From contig CAWIXE010000003.1 of the NCBI GenBank assembly GCA_963840035.1, positions 96,001 through 160,000 of the forward strand: a stretch of DNA of 64,000 bases. The letters run 5' to 3'. Positions 19,835 to 30,097 of the stretch are shown one piece after another; the first letter of the stretch is position 1, and each line of letters begins with the position of its first letter. The notes under the pieces are model-generated. The model did no database searches, was not told the DNA's origin, and worked only from the letters and a program-made list of their open reading frames with translations. Source of the DNA: a candidate division FCPU426 bacterium (lineage in GTDB: Bacteria; Oederibacteriota; PGYV01; Palsa-1178). Position numbers and translations under genes: made by a program.

Positions 19835-21115
19835 ATGTCCGCAGACGTTATTTTAGGAGCGCAGTGGGGCGATGAAGGCAAAGGCAAAATAGTGGATTTA
19901 TTCGCGGAAAAATACGATGTCATAGTGCGTTATCAGGGCGGGGCAAACGCCGGGCACACTGTAATCGTCGGAAAAGAAAAATATGTCATGCACCTGCTTC
20001 CTTCAGGAGTGCTTCATAAGGGCAAGATGAATATAATCGGACACGGAGTGGTCCTGGACATGGAAGAGCTGGTTAAGGAAATAGACGGCCTGAAAAAAAG
20101 GGGCATATCCATCACGCCTAAGAACCTTTTAATAAGCGAAAATACCGCCATAGTATTGCCTTACCACAAGATGATAGATAAAGCCAAAGAAGCAAAGAAA
20201 GCAGGGGATAAAAAGATAGGAACTACAGGCAGGGGCATAGGCCCGGCTTATACGGACAAATATGTCAGGACAGGCGTGCGCCTGCGTGATGTATTTAACG
20301 CGGAAGTATTAAAGGCAAAGATCGAGGAAAACCTCGAGGAAAAGAACTTCCTGCTGAAAAATTTCTATGGTGACAAGGAAATATCGGCGGCAGAGGTCAT
20401 AGCGCAGACAGAAAAATTCGCGAAAGAACTCAAGCCTTACATGGCAAACACGGTAAGGGTTATCAATGACCTGCTAAATAAAGGCAAGAAAGTCCTCTTT
20501 GAAGGCGCACAGGGCGCCCTGCTTGACATAGATTTTGGAACCTATCCCTACGTGACTTCGTCTAATCCTACGATAGGCGGGGTAATGACCGGCGCGGGAG
20601 TCTCGCACAGGCATATTAAAAAAGTATGGGGCATTACAAAAGCCTATCAGACCAGGGTCGGCAACGGGCCTTTCCCGACAGAGATGGAAGAGAAAACAGG
20701 CGCTAAGACCAGGGAAGCTGGCGGCGAGTACGGCGCTACCACCGGCAGGCCCAGGCGCTGCGGCTGGCTCGACCTTGTGGCGCTTAAATACGTGGCTGAG
20801 CTCAACGGTTTGACAGACATCCTACTTACAAAAATAGACGTGCTTTCCATATTTGACGAGATAAAGGTCTGCACGCAGTATATTTACAAGGGGAAGAAGA
20901 CAGACGCGTTTGTATCAGACGGCGAGGAACTGTATACGTGCAAGCCGGTATATGTGACTTTAAAGGGCTGGAAGAAGGATATTACAAAGGCCCGCAAGTC
21001 CAAGGACCTTCCGAAGGAAGCGAAGGCATACATAAAATTCATAGAAAAGTACATGGGAGTGAATGTATCCATTGTGTCAGTAGGGCCTGAGAGGGACCAG
21101 ATACTTAATAACTGA
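19835..21115 (+). CDS. purA: Adenylosuccinate synthetase
   Basis: GAQWGDEGKGK, GGANAGHT, GTTGRGIGP, EYGATTGRPRRCGW. Confidence 0.97.
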   Translation: MSADVILGAQWGDEGKGKIVDLFAEKYDVIVRYQGGANAGHTVIVGKEKYVMHLLPSGVLHKGKMNIIGHGVVLDMEELVKEIDGLKKRGISITPKNLLISENTAIVLPYHKMIDKAKEAKKAGDKKIGTTGRGIGPAYTDKYVRTGVRLRDVFNAEVLKAKIEENLEEKNFLLKNFYGDKEISAAEVIAQTEKFAKELKPYMANTVRVINDLLNKGKKVLFEGAQGALLDIDFGTYPYVTSSNPTIGGVMTGAGVSHRHIKKVWGITKAYQTRVGNGPFPTEMEEKTGAKTREAGGEYGATTGRPRRCGWLDLVALKYVAELNGLTDILLTKIDVLSIFDEIKVCTQYIYKGKKTDAFVSDGEELYTCKPVYVTLKGWKKDITKARKSKDLPKEAKAYIKFIEKYMGVNVSIVSVGPERDQILNN

Positions 21116-21208
21116 AAACAGCCATTGTTTGTCATAAAAGCAATACGCGAAGGGCAGAGGCCGTATTTGGCATATAAGGGGCGCAAGCTGCTGTTTTAAG
21201 GAGCGGGT

Positions 21209-22051
21209 ATGGTTAAAATCAATTTTAATTTAACACAATACAAAGTATTGATATTTTTCTTTTCCCTGGCCATGGTTTTATTAATTGGCCATATCGACTC
21301 CATAACCGGCAAGGAAATTTCAGTCACCACATTCTACCTTATTCCCGTTTCAATCGCAGCCTGGTATGTCGGCCCCAAAACAGGTTATTTAATTTCGCTG
21401 CTTTCAACTGTCGTATGGTTCCTGGCGGATGTGGTCGCCGGCGCCAGCTACACTCACTTTCTCATACCTTTCTGGAATGGGGTAGGCATACTGTTCTTTT
21501 TCACCGGTTCAGTTTATCTTTTAGTGTATCTTAAGAAAGAGATCCAGACGCAGAAACAGCTTGCCATGGAGGATTTTCTCACAAAAGTATCCAATGGCCG
21601 CGCCTTTTATAATTACGCGAAGATCGAACTCAGCAGGATACAAAGGTATGACAGCCCGCTTACGCTTGTTTACCTGGACCTTGATAATTTCAAGGCGATA
21701 AATGACAGTCTCGGACATGCGGTGGGAGACAGGCTTCTTTATACGGTGGCCCATACCATCAGGACCAACATCAGGCTCACTGACGCGGTGGCCCGCCTTG
21801 GCGGGGATGAATTTGCCATACTGCTTCCGTCCATGGATTTCAAGGCCACACCGGCGTTTGTAAACAAGATAAGGGAGAGCGTGGACCATGAAATGAAAAA
21901 AAACAACTGGCCCGTGTCCTTAAGCGCGGGCGTTGTGACTTATATGAAGGCGCCGGATAATGTGGATGAGATGATAAAGCTGGCGGACAACCTTATGTAT
22001 ACGGTAAAAAAACAGGGCAAAAATGACGTCAAATATATTGTGTATGATTAA
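21209..22051 (+). CDS. Membrane-bound diguanylate cyclase
   Basis: N-terminal TM helices; DLDNFKAINDSLGH; RLTD I-site; RLGGDEF. Confidence 0.93.
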   Translation: MVKINFNLTQYKVLIFFFSLAMVLLIGHIDSITGKEISVTTFYLIPVSIAAWYVGPKTGYLISLLSTVVWFLADVVAGASYTHFLIPFWNGVGILFFFTGSVYLLVYLKKEIQTQKQLAMEDFLTKVSNGRAFYNYAKIELSRIQRYDSPLTLVYLDLDNFKAINDSLGHAVGDRLLYTVAHTIRTNIRLTDAVARLGGDEFAILLPSMDFKATPAFVNKIRESVDHEMKKNNWPVSLSAGVVTYMKAPDNVDEMIKLADNLMYTVKKQGKNDVKYIVYD

Positions 22052-22077
22052 ACCTATGGGATATAAAAAGGAGATGT

Positions 22078-22893
22078 ATGTTTAAAAAAATAATGATATT
22101 TCTGGCGCTGATAGCGGTTTCCGCCGGTATAGGCTATGCTGACCTGTTAACCGGCCAGGAAATACTGCTTACTGTATTTTATCTGATACCAATATCCATC
22201 GCGGCCTGGTTCCTCGGCGCGAAATACGGCATATCACTTTCTTTCCTGTCGGCCGGGTTGTGGTATTACACCGAGTCAACCGCGGGAAGGGAGTATTCAA
22301 GCGCGCTCATACTGTACTGGGACACGGTTGTTTTGGCAATTTTCTTTATTGTTGTCGCATACCTGCTGGGAATGATAAAAAAACTGTTAAAAGAAGAGCG
22401 GGAAATTTCCCGTACGGATTATTTGACGGGACTCTCAAACAGGCGGTATTTTTTTGAGGCTGTCGAAGCGGAGATAGGCAGGAGCAGCAGGGCTGAGTCG
22501 CCTTTTACCATAGCGTACATAGACGCGGATAATTTTAAGAACGTAAACGACACGCTGGGGCATCACGCGGGGGACAGGGTTTTAATCGCGGCAGCGGAAG
22601 TGCTGAAAAAACACATACGCAAAATGGACGCCGCAGCAAGGCTTGGCGGCGATGAATTCGCGCTGCTTTTGCCGACAGCGGGCAGCGGCGATTCCAAGAT
22701 CATACTTGATAAAATCATGGGTTCGTTAAGGGAAGAAATGAACAGATCCGGGTTTCCCGTGACTTTTTCCGTGGGCGTCATAGCGTTTAAACAGTTCCCC
22801 GGAAGCGCTGATAACGCGGTTAAAATGGCTGACTCGCTCATGTATGAAGTAAAAAAAGAAGGAAAAAATAACGCAAAGTTTTCCGTGTTTTAG
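22078..22893 (+). CDS. Membrane-bound diguanylate cyclase (paralogue)
   Basis: TM helices with FYLIPISIAAW; DADNFKNVNDTLGH; RKMD; RLGGDEF. Confidence 0.93.
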   Translation: MFKKIMIFLALIAVSAGIGYADLLTGQEILLTVFYLIPISIAAWFLGAKYGISLSFLSAGLWYYTESTAGREYSSALILYWDTVVLAIFFIVVAYLLGMIKKLLKEEREISRTDYLTGLSNRRYFFEAVEAEIGRSSRAESPFTIAYIDADNFKNVNDTLGHHAGDRVLIAAAEVLKKHIRKMDAAARLGGDEFALLLPTAGSGDSKIILDKIMGSLREEMNRSGFPVTFSVGVIAFKQFPGSADNAVKMADSLMYEVKKEGKNNAKFSVF

Positions 22894-22900
22894 GCAACAA

Positions 22901-23704
22901 ATGAAAATAATTGATTTCCATACCCATTTTTATACAGGTGAAAGAACACAGGACGCCAGGGATTACCTGGTCAGGGAAGGTTATATCCTTAATACCCCTG
23001 ACGGAGGGCTTGACGGCCTGAAAAAATTCATGAAGGAAGATTCCGTTGATTTCTGCGTTAACCTGCCTGTGGCTGCCGCCCCTGATGCCGTAAAGCCCAT
23101 AAACCGCAGGGCCATAGAGTATAACGCGCGGGAAAAGGGAATAATAAGTTTCGGCGCGGTACATCCGGGCATGGAAGCGGTTACCGATGAACTTGATTAT
23201 ATATCGAAGAATGGCATTAAAGGCATAAAAATCCATCCGCAGGAACAGGGATTTTTTCCGGATGATGAATCCATGAAAAGTGTTTATTCATTCTGCGAAA
23301 ACAAAGGCATAGTTGTCATAGCCCACGCCGGCGCCGGAGCTGAGGCTGATTTTGATAAAAAAACCATAAAAGGCACGCCTGAAAGGTTCAGGGGCGTTAT
23401 TGATTCATACCCGGCCTTAAAGCTGGTTGTGGCGCATATGGGAGGCCTGCAGATGTGGAAAGAGGCCGCAAAACACCTCGTTGGAACTAGAACATATGTT
23501 GATACGGCTTACTGCACGATAATGGATGACGGCTTATTAAGGGAGATGATATATGGCTTCGGGGCTGATAAAACATTATTTGGCACCGACTTCCCGTGGC
23601 AGAGGCAGAACATTACTTTCGATAAAGTGAAAAAGGCCGTAAAGACAGAAAATGACCTCGAAATGATAACGAACAAAAACGCTTCCGCGCTGCTGGGGAT
23701 ATAG
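22901..23704 (+). CDS. Amidohydrolase_2 family metal-dependent hydrolase
   Basis: IDFHTH, GIKIHP, AHMGG, LFGTDFP. Confidence 0.9.
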   Translation: MKIIDFHTHFYTGERTQDARDYLVREGYILNTPDGGLDGLKKFMKEDSVDFCVNLPVAAAPDAVKPINRRAIEYNAREKGIISFGAVHPGMEAVTDELDYISKNGIKGIKIHPQEQGFFPDDESMKSVYSFCENKGIVVIAHAGAGAEADFDKKTIKGTPERFRGVIDSYPALKLVVAHMGGLQMWKEAAKHLVGTRTYVDTAYCTIMDDGLLREMIYGFGADKTLFGTDFPWQRQNITFDKVKKAVKTENDLEMITNKNASALLGI

Positions 23705-23708
23705 CGGT

Positions 23709-25437
23709 ATGCTGCCCGAAGGCAAATGCCTCTTTTTTCACACATCGCAGGGGAATAAAAGAAAGTCTTATCTTTTTACAAAACCAGAAAAAACAATCAT
23801 ATGCAAAAACCCCTCCGGGCTTGCAGGCGCGCTGGCTGAAGTTCAGGCGGCTGTGGATAAAGGCTTTTACGCGGCCGGATTTATGGCGTATGAAGCCGGA
23901 TATAGCATCCTGCCAAGGGCGGGAAAACCGCGCGAAGAGGCCGGGCCGCTGCTTAATTTTGGGATATATAAAAAGCCTTATGTGTATAATGAGCTTGATT
24001 TAAACGGGAACGGCGGATGTGAAAATATCAGGCCTTCGCTGACGCTTAAAGCCTACACTAATAAATTCAACCGCATTAAAAAATTAATTTCAGCGGGCGA
24101 GGTCTATCAGGTAAATGAATGTTTTAAAGTGAGTTTTAAGACGGATACCGACCCGCAGAAACTTTTTGAATCGCTCTGTTTAAGGCAAAAGACGGAATAT
24201 TCAGCGTATATAAATGACGGAAAGAATATTTACATGTCCTTTTCGCCGGAACTATTCTTTAAGCTCGATGGCAGGGACATCACCATGAAACCCATGAAAG
24301 GCACGCTGCTTAAGCCGTGCGGCAGGCAGGCCCTTGATAGGTTTAAAGACTGCTCCAAAACGTCGGCGGAGAATATAATGATAGTGGACCTTATAAGGAA
24401 TGACCTTGGCAGGATATGCTCTGTAAACAGCGTTAAAACAAGCGGACTTTTTGATGTGGAAGAATTTGACACCCTGTATCAGATGACGTCCACTGTTAAG
24501 GGAAAACTAAAGCAGGGAACAGGGCTAACTGAAATCATGGCGGCTGTTTTCCCGTCAGGATCGGTAACCGGGGCACCCAAACTGCGCGCCATGCAGGTTA
24601 TACGGCAGACTGAGGATGAAGACAGGGGCTTATATACAGGCGCGATAGGGTTTATATCCCCGCGTATGAAAAAAGCAATATTCAGCATCCCGATAAGGAC
24701 CGCGGTAATAAAGGGGCCAAAAAGGGGAAATGGGCATAGGAAGCGGCATAGTGCATGATTCAAAAGCCGGCGATGAATACGCGGAATGCCTTGGCAAGGC
24801 CGCGTTTCTAAAAGAAGACTTCAAACTTATCGAATCCCTCTTATTTGAAAACGGAAAGTATTCCCTCTTTGAAAATCATGTCGCGAGGATGGCAAAATCA
24901 GCCGCGTATTTCAGGTTCCCGGTGACGGCCGCGGACATCAGGCTTTCCCTGGAGAAGTATTCCAAAAAACTCAACAAAAAGAAATTATTCAAGGTCAGAC
25001 TGCTTGCGTCAGCCGGCGGAAGGCTTCATGTTGAGTCTGAAAAAATAGTAAATACCCCGGAGTTTTCAGGCAAACTGATTATTTCAAAAACAACAACAAA
25101 TTCCGGGGATATATTCCTGCGCCATAAGACCACAAAGAGGCGGGTGTACGACGGCGAGTATGATGAATGCGTTAAAAAAGGTTTTTTTGACGTTGTGTTT
25201 TTTAACGAAAAAGGGGAAATCACAGAGGCGCACAGCTCCAATATTTTTCTTGAAAAGAACGGGATACTTTATACCCCTCCGGTTGAGTGCGGCCTGCTTC
25301 CCGGCACATACAGGGAATATCTTCTCGCGCAGGGCGGAAAATACAGGGAAAAGGTACTGCGCTTAAACGACCTTAAAAAGGCCGACAGGATATGGATATG
25401 CAATTCCGTACGCGGCATGAGGGAGGTATATGTATAA
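23709..25437 (+). pseudogene. pabB: PabB/PabC-like fusion (aminodeoxychorismate synthase plus class IV lyase) split by a 1-bp frameshift near 24720; may be an assembly error
   Basis: GEVYQVN, SPELFF, KPMKGT, AENIMIVDLIRNDLG, FPSGSVTGAPK; continues in +1 frame as MGIGSGIV...HKTT...GLLPGT. Confidence 0.8.
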
Positions 25438-25913
25438 TGCGTGTCGTTGAAATGGTGGATTCGGACAGGGACCACATACGCAACATTGTCAGGCAGTGGG
25501 GGGATGATTTCATACTTTCCCGCGGCCGGAAAATATACCCGTTTTTAGGAAGGGGATTCATAGCTGAAAACGACAAAGGCGAGGCCGTCGGCGTGGCAAC
25601 ATATGAGATAAATGGCGGGGAATGCGAACTTACCCTCATTGAGGTCATAGAAAAAAGGTCCGGAGCTGGTTCCATGCTGGTGGATTATGTCATGAAAGCC
25701 GCGAAATTTGCCGGGTGCAAGAGGCTCTGGCTGGTAACGACAAACAACAACCTGGATGCCATGAAATTTTATGAGAAACTGGGGTTTGTTCAAAAAGCGG
25801 TTTATCCGGGAGCGATAACAGAAGCCAGAGTAATTAAACCTTCGATACCTTTAACGGACAAGGATGGGGTGGAAATAAAGGACGAAGTTGAATACGAGAG
25901 GCAATTACTATAA
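25437..25913 (+). CDS. GNAT family acetyltransferase
   Basis: RSGAGSML, RLWLVTTNNNLDAMKFYEKLGF; TAATG overlap with upstream stop. Confidence 0.9.
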   Translation: MRVVEMVDSDRDHIRNIVRQWGDDFILSRGRKIYPFLGRGFIAENDKGEAVGVATYEINGGECELTLIEVIEKRSGAGSMLVDYVMKAAKFAGCKRLWLVTTNNNLDAMKFYEKLGFVQKAVYPGAITEARVIKPSIPLTDKDGVEIKDEVEYERQLL

Positions 25914-25938
25914 TTAGGAAAAATTAAAGTGTCTAGTT

Positions 25939-26051
25939 TGTCATTGCGAGGAGCCGAATTTGTTTTATGGCGACGAAGCAATCTCGTTTGAGCTCTCAAA
26001 CAACAAGATTGCTTCGTCGGCAGACTGCTAAATCGCCTCCTCGCAATGACA
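25939..26051. repeat. GTCATTGCGAG palindromic element
   Basis: tgtcattgcgaggag..cgacgaagcaatc..gattgcttcgtcg..ctcctcgcaatgaca. Confidence 0.92.
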
Positions 26052-26065
26052 GGCTAAATAATAAT

Positions 26066-26097
26066 AAAAAAGGAGCGGTTTTTGCCGCTCCTTTTTT
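26066..26097. terminator. Bidirectional intrinsic terminator between convergent genes
   Basis: aaaaaaggagcgg-ttttt g-ccgctcctttttt. Confidence 0.88.
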
Positions 26098-26107
26098 ATT
26101 ATTATGT

Positions 26108-28444
26108 TTATTTCTTTTTGGCTATTTTCTTTTTTACCGGTTTTGCCTTAACTGCTGGTTTTATTTTTGCAGCCGGCTGTGGAGCCGGAGCAGGCGCTGC
26201 CTGCGGTTTCGGCTGCTGCACAGGCAGTGGTTTTGGCTGCTCTGCTGATTGTGGTTTCGGCTGTTGTATCGGCTGCGGCTGGTTCTGCGGCTTATACTGC
26301 TGCTGGCCTTGCGGTTTATACTGCTGCTGGCCCTGAGGCTTATACTGCTGCTGGCCCTGAGGCTTATACTGCTGCTGGCCTTGAGGCCTATACTGCTGCT
26401 GTGTCTGCGGGTTATACGGCTGCTGACCCTGGAGCCTTGGCTGCTGCGCCGACTGTACCGGCGTTTTTGGAGCTTCTACTTTGGGAGCCGGAGGAGGAGG
26501 CACGGGCCTTTTTACACCCATCTTATACCTGATGTAGTTTATCTTTCCTCCATCCAGGATTATTTCCTTTTCGCGGTCTGAAAGCTGTGTGAATAACTTG
26601 ATATCCATGGCTCCATTTACCCGCATCGTAATGTTCTTTCCTGCTTTTATGGAGTTTGCAACGTCAATCAATTCAAGCCTGTCGCCCGCGTTTATCCTGT
26701 CATAATCCTTTGGATTCGTAAAATTAAGGGGCAAAAGGCCGAAATTAATAAGATTTGCCTTGTGTATGCGGGCAAATGACTTGGTGATGACCGCTTTTAC
26801 ACCCAGGTGCATGGGCGCGAGCGCGGCGTGCTCGCGTGACGAACCCTGGCCGTAATTGTCGCCGCCGATTATGAACCCGCCGTTGTCCTTGATGGCGCGG
26901 GTATAAAATGACGGGTCAAGTTTGATGAACACGTGTTTTGATATTTCGGGTATGTTGGAACGAAGGGGAAGTATCTTCGCGCCGGCCGGCATGATATCGT
27001 CCGTAGTTATGTTGTCACCGGTCTTTATCAATACCTTTCCTGACATCATATCTGAGACGGGTTTTCCTTCCGGGAGCGGTTTTATATTCGGGCCCATTAT
27101 TATATTTACCTTTGAAGCCTCCGCAGGGGAGAGCGGCTTTAAAAGCAGGGCGTTATCAACTTCAAATTTTATAAGCGGGTTAACCACAGGGGCTTTTCCA
27201 AGTTTCTTAGGGTCAGTAACTTCGCCGAAAACAGCGGCCGCGACCGCAACCTCAACGCTTGAAAGGAAGATTGACGCGTCTGCCGTGCCTGAACGGCCTT
27301 TGAAATTTCTGTTAAAGGTCCTTATTGATACTGAACCGGAGGCCGGAGCGTGTCCCATGCCTATGCACGGGCCGCAGGCTGATTCAACAACCCTGGCGCC
27401 GGCTTCTATATAATAGGAAAGAGCGCCGTTTTGTACGAGCGCATTCAATATGGTCCTGGAGCCCGGCGCTACTATGAAGGAGACGTCCTTGTGCACTTTC
27501 TTGCCCTTCAACGCAAGTGCTGCTGTCATCAGGTCTTTATATGAGGAATTCGTACAGCTGCCGATTATTACCTGGCTTACCTTCTGGCCCTTTAATTCCT
27601 TGACGGCTTTTACAGCGTCAGGCGAGTGGGGCATGGCCACCAGAGGTTCGACTTTTTTTAAGTCTATTTCAAATATCTCTTTATACTGTGCTTTTTTATC
27701 CGGAGCGAAGGCTTTATAATCCTTTGCCCTTCCAAAGGCCTTCAGGAACTTCTGGGTGTTTGCGTCTGACGGGAATATGGAGGTCGTGGCGCCGAGTTCC
27801 GCGCCCATGTTTGTGATGGTGGCCCTTTCAGGTACTGACAATGATTTTACGCCGTCGCCAAAATATTCAAATACGCGGTTTACCCCGCCCTTGACAGTAT
27901 ATTTTTTAAGCACTGTCAGGATGATGTCTTTCGCGGATGACCATGCAGGAAGCTTTCCTTTTAATTTAATTCCTATGACTTCAGGGCAGGTAAGCGAGTA
28001 AGGATAACCCGCCATTGCAGATGCCACTTCAAGTCCGCCCACGCCGATTGCAATCATTCCCACCCCGCCGGCAGTGGGGGTGTGGCTGTCAGAGCCTATG
28101 AGCGTATCGCCCGGTTTGGCGAACCTTTCGGAATGCACCTGGTGGCAGATTCCGTTGCCCGGCTTTGAAAAGTATAGGCCGAATTTTTCCGCAACTGACT
28201 GGAGGAAAAGGTGGTCGTCGGCGTTCTCAAAACCGGTCTGCAGCGTATTGTGGTCGACATAGCTCACTGAAAGCTTGGTCGATATCTTTGAAAGGCCGAA
28301 ATTCAGGAATTCCAGGTAAGCCATGGTGCCTGTGGCGTCCTGCGTGAGGGTCTGGTCAATCTTAATGGAAATTTCCTCACCCGCTATGAGCTTGCCAGAA
28401 ACCATGTGTTTTTTCAGTATCTTTTCCGTCAAAGTACCTTTCAT
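26108..28444 (-). CDS. Aconitate hydratase (short type) with low-complexity C-terminal extension
   Basis: QDATGT, GICHQVH, GSDSHT, GSCTN, CGPCIG, NYGQGSSREHAAL; start after gaggtgg. Confidence 0.93.
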   Translation of the reverse strand: MKGTLTEKILKKHMVSGKLIAGEEISIKIDQTLTQDATGTMAYLEFLNFGLSKISTKLSVSYVDHNTLQTGFENADDHLFLQSVAEKFGLYFSKPGNGICHQVHSERFAKPGDTLIGSDSHTPTAGGVGMIAIGVGGLEVASAMAGYPYSLTCPEVIGIKLKGKLPAWSSAKDIILTVLKKYTVKGGVNRVFEYFGDGVKSLSVPERATITNMGAELGATTSIFPSDANTQKFLKAFGRAKDYKAFAPDKKAQYKEIFEIDLKKVEPLVAMPHSPDAVKAVKELKGQKVSQVIIGSCTNSSYKDLMTAALALKGKKVHKDVSFIVAPGSRTILNALVQNGALSYYIEAGARVVESACGPCIGMGHAPASGSVSIRTFNRNFKGRSGTADASIFLSSVEVAVAAAVFGEVTDPKKLGKAPVVNPLIKFEVDNALLLKPLSPAEASKVNIIMGPNIKPLPEGKPVSDMMSGKVLIKTGDNITTDDIMPAGAKILPLRSNIPEISKHVFIKLDPSFYTRAIKDNGGFIIGGDNYGQGSSREHAALAPMHLGVKAVITKSFARIHKANLINFGLLPLNFTNPKDYDRINAGDRLELIDVANSIKAGKNITMRVNGAMDIKLFTQLSDREKEIILDGGKINYIRYKMGVKRPVPPPPAPKVEAPKTPVQSAQQPRLQGQQPYNPQTQQQYRPQGQQQYKPQGQQQYKPQGQQQYKPQGQQQYKPQNQPQPIQQPKPQSAEQPKPLPVQQPKPQAAPAPAPQPAAKIKPAVKAKPVKKKIAKKK
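26285..26401 (-). repeat. Coding 24-bp tandem repeat (QQQY[KR]PQG, about 5 copies)
   Basis: tatactgctgctg recurs every 24 bp. Confidence 0.92.
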
Positions 28445-28527
28445 ATGCCACCTCATTGTGTATTGTATTTCATCTTTAAAACATTGAATAATATTAAAGT
28501 AAAGCGTGGGATTTGTAAATAGTTTTT

Positions 28528-28620
28528 AATGTGAATTTTAGATTTTCAATTTTAGATTTTCAATTGCGGACGGACTAAGGCATGTTTTTAATTGAAAATT
28601 GAAAATTCAGAATTGAAAAT
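28528..28620. repeat. Inverted heptamer array (AATTTTC/GAAAATT family)
   Basis: gattttc aatttta gattttc aatt / aattgaa aattgaa aattcag aattgaa. Confidence 0.85.
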
Positions 28621-28630
28621 GGATTAAAAC

Positions 28631-28687
28631 CCGACTTACAGTCTTGACAAAACGCAAAAAACCGACTATTATATTTGCCGTAGTCGG
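28631..28687 (+). promoter_or_regulatory. Promoter with probable TetR operator half-sites
   Basis: TTGACA 28644, TATTAT 28667; ccgacta(28662)...tagtcgg(28681); ccgact-tac-agtc at 28631. Confidence 0.65.
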
Positions 28688-28709
28688 AATACAAATATAA
28701 GGAGACCAC

Positions 28710-29282
28710 ATGAAACAGACAAAGGAACTTATCTTAAAGACCGCAAAGAAACTTTTCGCAAAAAAGGGTTTAACCGACACCACCATGGACGACGTGGCAA
28801 AGGAAGCGCGCATAGGAAAAGGGACCATATATCATTATTTTGAGTCCAAGGAGCAGATGTACTGCCAGATACTTGACGATGACATGGCCGGAATCAAGGA
28901 AAGCCTGATAAAAATGGTGGCTGCCGAGACCGAGCCGGATAAAAAATTCAGGGCCTATATGCTCGGACGCATGCAGTCCATGCAGAAATTTTCCGCTTTC
29001 TACGCAATGTTTAAGAAAGACTACGTGGATTACTACGGATACATCAAAAAAGCGTATGACAAATACCAGGATTTTGAGATGTCAAATGTAAGGCAATTCC
29101 TCCAGGAAGGCCTGGAAAAAGGCATACTCATTGTGGAGGACATTGATTTTACCACGCTTATGCTAACCCAGGTCATAAAAGGTCTTGAGTACCAGTTTGC
29201 GATGGAAAAAGAGGAAGACATAGAGAAAAAGGTAAATATACTTATGAACATCATATATAAGGGGCTTTTAAAAAATAAGTAA
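28710..29282 (+). CDS. TetR/AcrR family regulator
   Basis: LFAKKGLTDTTMDDVAKEARIGKGTIYHYFESKE. Confidence 0.95.
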   Translation: MKQTKELILKTAKKLFAKKGLTDTTMDDVAKEARIGKGTIYHYFESKEQMYCQILDDDMAGIKESLIKMVAAETEPDKKFRAYMLGRMQSMQKFSAFYAMFKKDYVDYYGYIKKAYDKYQDFEMSNVRQFLQEGLEKGILIVEDIDFTTLMLTQVIKGLEYQFAMEKEEDIEKKVNILMNIIYKGLLKNK

Positions 29283-29295
29283 TAGTGGAGGGCAC

Positions 29296-30084
29296 ATGAA
29301 AAGATTTGCCGTAATTATACTGGCTATTGCGTTTTTTTCGGTTTGCGCCGCTGTTGACAAAAAAATTGATTTTGTAAAAGAAGGCGACAAATACTTTGGG
29401 ATGAGGAACTCCATAACAAACACCGCAGACGACCTGGCCAACATTGACAGGGCGGTTGAGAATTATAAAGCTGCTTTTGACGCGGACAAGGCAAACGAGA
29501 AGCTTCTTTATAAATACGCCAAGGCACTTGATTTTAAATACAGGTATCTGACCGCCACGGCCGAGGAAAAAAAGGTAAAGTACGAGGAATTAAGCAGGGA
29601 ATTTGAACCGCTCGGTGCCACCATGTCAAAGACAAAGGAATTTAACTATGTCATGGCGCTAATGTGGGCGAGGAGGGGGGACGTAACCCCCAATGTCCTG
29701 GAAGCCGCCAAAGAAGGCGTGGCAGATAAGATAAAAGGGTATGCCGAGGCGTTGTACAACCAGGATAAGACTTTTGACAATTACGCGACCTGCCTTATCC
29801 TCGGAAGGCTGCATTATAAATCCCCGAACATACCGTTTATACTCGGCTGGCCGGATAAGAATAAATCAAAGGAATACCTTGAGGAAATATATAAAGCCCG
29901 GCCCGACGACACGGAAGCAAGGTTCTTCCTTGCGGATACATACTGGGAGCTCGGGAAAAAGGATGAAGCGACAAAGCTTTATAAGGAAGTATCAAAAGCT
30001 TCCCCGAGGAAAGACTGGTGGTATTACGACACCGCGTCCATAGAGAAATGCAAGGCGAGGATGACGGAGTTGGGGATTCAGTAA
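29296..30084 (+). CDS. Exported helical-repeat (TPR-like) protein
   Basis: Signal peptide; LGRLHYKSP and ARFFLADTYWELGK TPR-like segments. Confidence 0.72.
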   Translation: MKRFAVIILAIAFFSVCAAVDKKIDFVKEGDKYFGMRNSITNTADDLANIDRAVENYKAAFDADKANEKLLYKYAKALDFKYRYLTATAEEKKVKYEELSREFEPLGATMSKTKEFNYVMALMWARRGDVTPNVLEAAKEGVADKIKGYAEALYNQDKTFDNYATCLILGRLHYKSPNIPFILGWPDKNKSKEYLEEIYKARPDDTEARFFLADTYWELGKKDEATKLYKEVSKASPRKDWWYYDTASIEKCKARMTELGIQ

Positions 30085-30097
30085 GATCATAAGTGCG

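Noticed and set aside
25967..26581. Cys-rich and repetitive plus-strand ORFs (e.g. CGLYCCWP) as metallothionein or RiPP
   Set aside because: Antisense readings of the aconitase repeat tail and the palindromic element.
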